This document shows positions 58,249 to 63,790 of a DNA stretch of 63,790 nt, one piece after another. Made by a program: the position numbers and the translations under genes. The first letter of the stretch is position 1; each line of letters starts with the position of its first letter. Origin of the DNA: Solirubrobacteraceae bacterium. GTDB lineage: Bacteria; Actinomycetota; Thermoleophilia; Solirubrobacterales; Solirubrobacteraceae. The notes under the pieces were generated by a model. That model was not told the origin of the DNA. It was given only the letters and a program-made list of their open reading frames with translations, and made no database searches. The stretch spans positions 1 to 63,790 of the forward strand of contig JBPCMW010000031.1 of assembly GCA_051001875.1 (NCBI GenBank), read 5' to 3'.

Positions 58249-59275
58249 CCCCGTAACGTTCAGTGCGATGACCGAACCGCCCGGGCCTTCACCCGCGATC
58301 GACGTTCGCGGCCTGGTCAAGCGCTACGGGGAAATCGAGGCGGTGCGCGGCGTGGAGTTCGCCGTCGAGACGGGCGAGGTGTTCGGCTTTCTCGGCCCGA
58401 ACGGTGCCGGCAAGACCACCACGATCAACATGCTCTGCACCCTGGCCAAGCCCACCAGTGGCTCGGCCACCGTGGCCGGACACGATGTCGTTCGCGAACG
58501 CGACGACGTGCGGCGAAACATCGGCCTCGTGTTTCAGGATCCAACGCTCGACGGCTATCTGACCGCCGAGCAGAACCTGCGCCTGCACGCTGAGCTGTAT
58601 GGCGTCCAGTCGGACCTGGTCAAGCCGAGGATGCGTCAGGTGCTGGAGATGATCGGGCTGTGGGACCGCAAGGACTCGGTGGTGGCCACATTCTCAGGCG
58701 GTATGCGCCGGCGCCTCGAGATCGCCCGCGGGCTGATGCACTCCCCCCGCGTGCTGTTCCTGGACGAGCCGACGATCGGCCTGGACCCCCAGACGCGGCG
58801 GTCGATCTGGACCTACATCCGCGAGCTGAAGGAGCGCGAGGAGATCACGATCTTCATGACCACCCATTACATGGACGAGGCCGAGTGGTGTGACCGGATC
58901 GCGATCATGGATCATGGCCAGATTGTCGCGCTCGACTCGCCCGAGACACTCAAGGCCGGGGTGGGGACCGACCGGGTGACGATCCACACCGACGACGACG
59001 AAGCGGCGATCACCGCGATCGCCGACCAATTCGGGATCGAGGCCGGGCTCTCCGAAGGTGCGGTCTCGTTCGGGATCCTGTCCGGTGAGGAGTTCCTGCC
59101 CCGGCTGTTCGCGGAGCTGCGCGTCCCGATCCGCTCGGTCAGCGTATCCCGCCCGACGCTCGACGATGTCTTCATGTCGTTTACCGGCAGCTCGATCCGG
59201 GACGCTGAGGAGGACCAGAGCAAGCAGCGCAACCGGGTGATGATGCAGGTCATGACCGGCGGAGGCAGGCGATGA
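58241..59275 (+). CDS. DrrA-like ABC exporter ATP-binding subunit
   Basis: GPNGAGKTT, FSGGMRRRL, LFLDEPT, TTHYMDEAE, PTLDDVF. Confidence 0.95.
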   Translation: MTDPVTFSAMTEPPGPSPAIDVRGLVKRYGEIEAVRGVEFAVETGEVFGFLGPNGAGKTTTINMLCTLAKPTSGSATVAGHDVVRERDDVRRNIGLVFQDPTLDGYLTAEQNLRLHAELYGVQSDLVKPRMRQVLEMIGLWDRKDSVVATFSGGMRRRLEIARGLMHSPRVLFLDEPTIGLDPQTRRSIWTYIRELKEREEITIFMTTHYMDEAEWCDRIAIMDHGQIVALDSPETLKAGVGTDRVTIHTDDDEAAITAIADQFGIEAGLSEGAVSFGILSGEEFLPRLFAELRVPIRSVSVSRPTLDDVFMSFTGSSIRDAEEDQSKQRNRVMMQVMTGGGRR

Positions 59276-60168
59276 GCACGACTACGGATCGCACGGCCCA
59301 GGCGCCGCCGGCCGAGCCGCAGCAGGTCGTGCGGGTCTCCGTACCGCAACGAAGTCTCGCGAGTGAGCTGCGCGCGATCCGGATCGTCTGGCGCCGCGAA
59401 CTGAGCCGGTTCCGTGCCGACCGGATGCGCATGGTCACGGCCCTCGTTCAGCCGCTGCTGTTCCTGTTCGTACTCGGCTCGGGACTTCAGGGCCTGGCCA
59501 GCGCGGGCACACACGGCGTCAACTTGAAGACCTTCATCTACCCGGGAATCCTCTGCATCTCGGTGATGTTCACCGCGATGTTCTCGGCCGCGTCGATTGT
59601 CTGGGACCGGGAATTTGGCTTCCTGCGCGAGATGATGGTCGCGCCGGTGCGCCGCAGCTCGATCGTGATCGGCAAGGTGCTTGGCGGCGCCACCGTGGCG
59701 TCGTTGCAGGGCGTGATCATCATTTGCCTGGCCGGGCTCGTGCACGTCCCGTACGACCCGTTACTGATTCTCGGCATCTTCACTCTTCAGCTGCTGCTGG
59801 CGTTCACGATCACCGCCTTCGGCGTGATGATCGCCGTTCGGATCAAGCAGATGCAGTCGTTCATGGGCGTCATGCAGATGATCGTGATGCCGATGTTCTT
59901 CATCTCCGGGGCGCTGTTCCCCGCTTCCGGACTTCCCGGCTGGCTGACGGTGCTCAACCGGATCGACCCGCTGACCTACGCGGTCGACCCGATGCGGCGC
60001 CTGGTCTTCAATCACATCACCATCTCCCCCGCCGCCCGTCACGCGCTGGATCCCGGTGTTACGTGGTGGGGCTGGCACGTGCCGGCGCTGATCGAGGCCG
60101 GCATGATCGCCCTGCTCGGACTGCTGATGCTGGCGATCGCGATCTGGGAATTCAGCACTACGGAGTAG
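59272..60168 (+). CDS. ABC-2 (DrrB-like) permease
   Basis: QPLLFL, DREFGFLRE..VAP, PMFFISGALFP, DPLTYAVD. Confidence 0.93.
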   Translation: MSTTTDRTAQAPPAEPQQVVRVSVPQRSLASELRAIRIVWRRELSRFRADRMRMVTALVQPLLFLFVLGSGLQGLASAGTHGVNLKTFIYPGILCISVMFTAMFSAASIVWDREFGFLREMMVAPVRRSSIVIGKVLGGATVASLQGVIIICLAGLVHVPYDPLLILGIFTLQLLLAFTITAFGVMIAVRIKQMQSFMGVMQMIVMPMFFISGALFPASGLPGWLTVLNRIDPLTYAVDPMRRLVFNHITISPAARHALDPGVTWWGWHVPALIEAGMIALLGLLMLAIAIWEFSTTE

Positions 60169-60288
60169 TCCCGAACAGCCGCCGGTAGGCGACGACCCAT
60201 TCCGTGGCCGCACTTCCGGCGAGCACAAGCAGTACCGAGGTGAGCACGAGTTTCCGCACTCCGCAACTGAACCATCGCCGCCCGACGC

Positions 60289-60319
60289 AAAAAGGGCCGC
60301 CCCTCGAAAGGGCGGCCCC
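60289..60319 (-). terminator. Rho-independent terminator of the acyl-CoA dehydrogenase gene
   Basis: GGGCCGCCC-loop-GGGCGGCCC-TTTTT on the minus strand. Confidence 0.85.
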
Positions 60320-60343
60320 CATACATCGTTCCCGGCCTTTGAC

Positions 60344-61522
60344 CTACGCGGCCGCGCCGGCCGTGGCGGGCTCCTCGACCCGGCGCGGGAGCAGCGTCTC
60401 ACGTGCGATCACGAGACGCTGGATCTGAGCCGTGCCCTCGTAGAGCTGGAGGATCTTGGCATCACGCATCAGCTTCTCGACCGGGTACTCCTTGATGAAG
60501 CCGTAGCCACCGTAGACCTGCACGGCATCGGTGGTGATCTCCATCGCGGCGTCGGCGGCGAAGCGCTTGGCGTGCGAGGACTCGAGCGTGTTGCGCTTGC
60601 CCTGATCGAGCAGCACGGCTGAGTTCCAGGTCGCCAAGCGAGCCAGGTGGACCTTGGTTGCCATGTCGGCGATCATGAACTGGATCGCCTGGTGCATGGC
60701 GATCGGCACGCCGAACTGGACACGCTCCTTGGAGTAGTCGACTGCGAACTCCATCGCCGCCCGGCCGACGCCGACGCCCATCGCCGCCACCCCTGGGCGG
60801 GTGCGGTCAAGCGTCATCATCGCGATTTTGAATCCCTTGTTCTCCTCGCCGACCAGATGGTCGAGCGGGATCTCGCACTCGGGGAACGTGATGGTCGCGG
60901 TGTTCGAGGCCCGCTGACCCATCTTGTCCTCGTGCTTGTCGACGACGACGCCGGCGTCCCGGGGAACGATGAAGCACGAAATGCCGCGGTGGCCGGCCTC
61001 CTTGTCGGTCTTCGCGTAGACGGTGTAGTAATTGGCGTACTCACCATTGGTGATGAAGCACTTGGAGCCGTTGATGACCCACTTGTCGCCCTGGCGGGTC
61101 GCGGTCGTCTTCATCCCGGACACGTCAGAGCCGGCGTCGGGCTCAGTCAGGCAGAACGAGGCCAGCAGCGGGGCTTCGGAGAGCCGACCGAGGTACTCCT
61201 TCTTGAGCTCCTCGGAGGCCGCGAGGATGATCGGTGCGGTAGCCAGTCCGTTACAGGACACCGAGGTGCCGATGCCCGAACAACCCCACGAAATCTCCTC
61301 CTCGATCAGCGCGCCGTCCAGGAAGCCGAGGCCCGGACCGCCGTATTCCTCCGGCAGGTGGCTGTTCATCAGGCCCAGTTCCCAGGCCTTCTCGATGATG
61401 TCCTGGGGCCAGGTTCCTTCCTTGTCGTACTCCCAGGCGACGGGACGGATCTCCTTCTCCGCGAACTCGTGCGCCATCTCGCGCATGCTCTTCTGCTCGT
61501 CAGTGAGCGTGAAATCGACCAC
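60344..61522 (-). CDS. Acyl-CoA dehydrogenase (short/medium chain)
   Basis: LTEPDAGSD, NGSKCFITN, KMGQRAS, RVQFG.PI..HQAIQ, YGGYGF..EYPVEK.MRDAK...YEGT. Confidence 0.96.
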   Translation of the reverse strand: MVDFTLTDEQKSMREMAHEFAEKEIRPVAWEYDKEGTWPQDIIEKAWELGLMNSHLPEEYGGPGLGFLDGALIEEEISWGCSGIGTSVSCNGLATAPIILAASEELKKEYLGRLSEAPLLASFCLTEPDAGSDVSGMKTTATRQGDKWVINGSKCFITNGEYANYYTVYAKTDKEAGHRGISCFIVPRDAGVVVDKHEDKMGQRASNTATITFPECEIPLDHLVGEENKGFKIAMMTLDRTRPGVAAMGVGVGRAAMEFAVDYSKERVQFGVPIAMHQAIQFMIADMATKVHLARLATWNSAVLLDQGKRNTLESSHAKRFAADAAMEITTDAVQVYGGYGFIKEYPVEKLMRDAKILQLYEGTAQIQRLVIARETLLPRRVEEPATAGAAA

Positions 61523-61582
61523 GTGGATTGCTCCTTGAAGACGGGAAGCGCCGGCTGGCATGGTGGCTGGCGCGGGAATAGA

Positions 61583-61598
61583 TTGACTAGTCAGTCAA
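61583..61598. promoter_or_regulatory. Near-palindromic operator (TetR/FadR-like)
   Basis: TTGACTAGTCAGTCAA upstream of the acyl-CoA dehydrogenase gene. Confidence 0.6.
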
Positions 61599-61691
61599 CC
61601 GTGACGATACGAAGGATACCCGATTCCTGAACGCTCTAGCAACGCAGTTGTTGAGCGTTCAACCGCCGCGGTGCGCAACACTTAAGCGGTC

Positions 61692-62114
61692 GTGCAGCAA
61701 GCGTTTGCCACTGTCCTCTGGGTCGTCTGTGGTTTGGCGGTGGTAATCGCGCTCGTGGCCCTGGCGCTGAGCGGTAAGACCTGGGAGGAATACGGCAAGA
61801 ATGCCCTGCTCATGGACGGCGACTCGCCGCGGGATCCCAAACAGGGCTCAGCGGCCGCGCTGGTAGAACGAGACACCGAGATCCGCCAGCTGCTCGAGGC
61901 CCGGAACCTGCGCCGGCAGCGCCGCGGCGAGGCGACGGTCGACGTCGAGCTGGAGCTGCGGCGGTTGACCGCGCCGGCGATCGATGCCGAGCTGCGGGAG
62001 GAGATTCGTGACCTGGTGATCGCCCGCAACCACCGCCGCGCCCGGACCGGCAAGCCGCCGCTCGACGTCGAGGCGGAAATCGAGCGGGAGATCCTGGGCC
62101 TGCACGGAGTTTGA
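61692..62114 (+). CDS. Membrane-anchored hypothetical protein with a duplicated helical motif
   Basis: N-terminal TM; EIRQLLEARN.RR.RRG...DVE.E repeated as EIRDLVIARN.RR.RTG...DVEAE. Confidence 0.8.
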   Translation: MQQAFATVLWVVCGLAVVIALVALALSGKTWEEYGKNALLMDGDSPRDPKQGSAAALVERDTEIRQLLEARNLRRQRRGEATVDVELELRRLTAPAIDAELREEIRDLVIARNHRRARTGKPPLDVEAEIEREILGLHGV

Positions 62115-62145
62115 CGCCAGCCGGTCGATCGGTACCCTGCCCGCG

Positions 62146-62451
62146 ATGGCTGACGGACGCAAATTCGAGCTCGATGAGTTGGCCATCCGGCCGGGCACTT
62201 ACTTCAGCCCTCAGACCGAGGTCCTGATCGTGGTCGATGACTCCCCGGAGCTCGACGCCGAGATCTTCAACATGGAGCAGTACGAAGGTGCCGACTGGGT
62301 GCTGATCTCCGACGAGGTGCCGGTGGATGAGCACCGTCGCGACGAGCTACTCGAGAGCTTTCAGGTCGAGGCCCAGCCGCTCCCGACCGATCACGATGAC
62401 GACGGGGACGACGAGGTCAACGAGGAGCTCGACGCCGATCAGGAGGACTAG
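62146..62451 (+). CDS. Small acidic hypothetical protein
   Basis: RPGTYFSPQTEVLIVVDDS; D/E-rich tail; coding-like codon usage. Confidence 0.8.
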   Translation: MADGRKFELDELAIRPGTYFSPQTEVLIVVDDSPELDAEIFNMEQYEGADWVLISDEVPVDEHRRDELLESFQVEAQPLPTDHDDDGDDEVNEELDADQED

Positions 62452-62454
62452 CGA

Positions 62455-63621
62455 CTACTTGGCGCTCAGCAGCGACGAGCAGCTCTGCATCTTCGCCACG
62501 TCCTGCCCCGCCGCCTGCAGACACGCGCTGTAGCGCTGAACGCTTGAGTTCGTCCCGGTGGTCCCGGCGCCTGTCGCGCTGCCGGTAGCGGCACCCGAAC
62601 CCGTCGCCGGCGCGCCTGAGCCTGCGGCGCCTGGAGAACCGCTCGCCGCCGCGCCCGTCACGGCGGATCCGGCGCTCTGCACAGTGGCCAGGAAGGAACG
62701 CAGTTTGGTGGTGAACTCGCTGAACGGGCGCACGGTGCTCGGCGGGCTGATCGTCTGCGGCTGATTCAGGCTCGCGTACTTCATGTTCATGCCGATCTGC
62801 GCGGTGCGGAGGCCTCCGAGCAGTCCCGAGATCTGGCCGGTTACGGGAACCGTCAAGTTCAGCGCCAGGCGCCGGAGCGTCTTGTCGCTGTTGCCGGTCC
62901 AGACGTCGAAGCTCGGGTTCTTGATCGAGGCCGCGATGCGAGCTCGGGTCGAATCCGAGATCCCTCCCTGCAGGCTGCTGGCGCCGGAGACTCCGAGCGT
63001 GGAGGCCTTCTGCAGGACCGTGCTGAAGTCCTTGAGGAACGCGCTCACATCGATTCCAGCCCGGATGTGGGTCGTGTCGACCCCGCCCACGGTCTCTTTG
63101 CCCACCACGGAGGGGTTGGTCAACCACCGAAGCGGGCTGATGCCCAGCTTGGCGAGGGCGCCGGAACCGGACCCGCCTCCAGAGGCAGTGACCTGGGCGA
63201 AGCTCGACTCGAGCTTCTGGAAGGTCGCGGCCGGCAGCTGGTAGCTCGTGCCCTGCAGGGTGACGTAGCCATTGGTTCCGGTCGAGAGGATCGACAGCGA
63301 CCCGGTGTGTCCCAGCGCGCCGATGCTGATGCTGAAGTTCGAAGCGGGCAGCTTGCCCTTTCCGAGGCTCTGGAACGGGCCGCCGAAGCTCAGGCTTATC
63401 GGTCCGCGGAGCGTGCTCGAGCCCGACGGATTGACGGTGACGCTGAAGCTGAGGTTCCCGCTGTTGACGGCGTGCGTGCCGCTGAAGGTCTGGTTGAGCA
63501 GCGTTGAAGCGTTTCCGGAGCTACCGCTGCTGCCGCACGCGCCAAGCACCAGGATCGCGCCGACGGCGAGGATCGCCGGCAGGATCCGGCGAAAGCTCCT
63601 GCTCAGAGGTGGCGTTCGCAC
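62455..63621 (-). CDS. Lipoprotein, LppX/LprG-like beta-sheet fold
   Basis: Lipobox LGAC, ETVGGVDTTH, DVW.G..D..LRR, NQPQTISPP; C-terminal Cys pair. Confidence 0.8.
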   Translation of the reverse strand: MRTPPLSRSFRRILPAILAVGAILVLGACGSSGSSGNASTLLNQTFSGTHAVNSGNLSFSVTVNPSGSSTLRGPISLSFGGPFQSLGKGKLPASNFSISIGALGHTGSLSILSTGTNGYVTLQGTSYQLPAATFQKLESSFAQVTASGGGSGSGALAKLGISPLRWLTNPSVVGKETVGGVDTTHIRAGIDVSAFLKDFSTVLQKASTLGVSGASSLQGGISDSTRARIAASIKNPSFDVWTGNSDKTLRRLALNLTVPVTGQISGLLGGLRTAQIGMNMKYASLNQPQTISPPSTVRPFSEFTTKLRSFLATVQSAGSAVTGAAASGSPGAAGSGAPATGSGAATGSATGAGTTGTNSSVQRYSACLQAAGQDVAKMQSCSSLLSAK

Positions 63622-63666
63622 CGCAGCGAATTTAGCATCGCACCGGGCGAGCCGGGGCCGGTTCGC

Positions 63667-63790
63667 TAGTGCAGCGTCTCAGTTTTGATTTGCTGGTTGA
63701 TTGAGGGCGACTCTTCCACGGCGCACCTTTTCCAGGATCTGGTTGGTGGTGGCGGTCCACACGAACGGTGTGGGGCTTTCATTCGTGGCG
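63667..63790 (-). mobile_element. End of an IS630-family insertion sequence (partial)
   Basis: Terminus CTAGTG.. with TA target; transposase C-terminus immediately inside. Confidence 0.8.
63679..63789 (-). CDS. IS630 transposase C-terminus (partial)
   Basis: ATNESPTPFVWTATTNQILEKVRRGRVAL matches the N..P.PFVWT...IL.KV IS630 tail. Confidence 0.8.
   Translation of the reverse strand, partial: ATNESPTPFVWTATTNQILEKVRRGRVALNQPANQN

Overview
High-GC (about 70% by eye) chromosomal segment, most likely from a deep-branching actinobacterium (Thermoleophilia/Solirubrobacterales-like; inferred from gene content and order). The backbone is a minus-strand housekeeping run in a Firmicutes-like order: tilS-hpt-ftsH-folP-folB-folK-coaX-dusB-greA-lysS-clpC-radA-disA-carD-ispD-ispF-cysS-rlmB-sigH. 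It is interrupted by accessory genes: a GH88 lipoprotein, a penicillin acylase, an SCP2-hydrolase/acyltransferase/SRPBCC lipid module, an amidohydrolase and an MBL hydrolase. The right half holds a MerR-HTH adenylate cyclase, a large multidomain lytic transglycosylase, a poly-HAMP hybrid kinase plus REC-PAS-GAF-PP2C pair converging on a beta-oxidation/sirtuin/STAS operon, a PadR-ABC exporter, an acyl-CoA dehydrogenase and the end of an IS630 element. I found no rRNA, tRNA, CRISPR array, prophage or defence island. The most unusual non-coding signals are a 14-bp x4 repeat that builds a chain of stop/start-coupled mini-ORFs between folB and folK, an intrinsic terminator in the greA leader, a 162-bp TAA-flanked hairpin element and a cluster of REP-like palindromes. 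No clearly new system is proven. Several start codons were adjusted by eye from the ORF track, and a few odd substitutions may be assembly errors.
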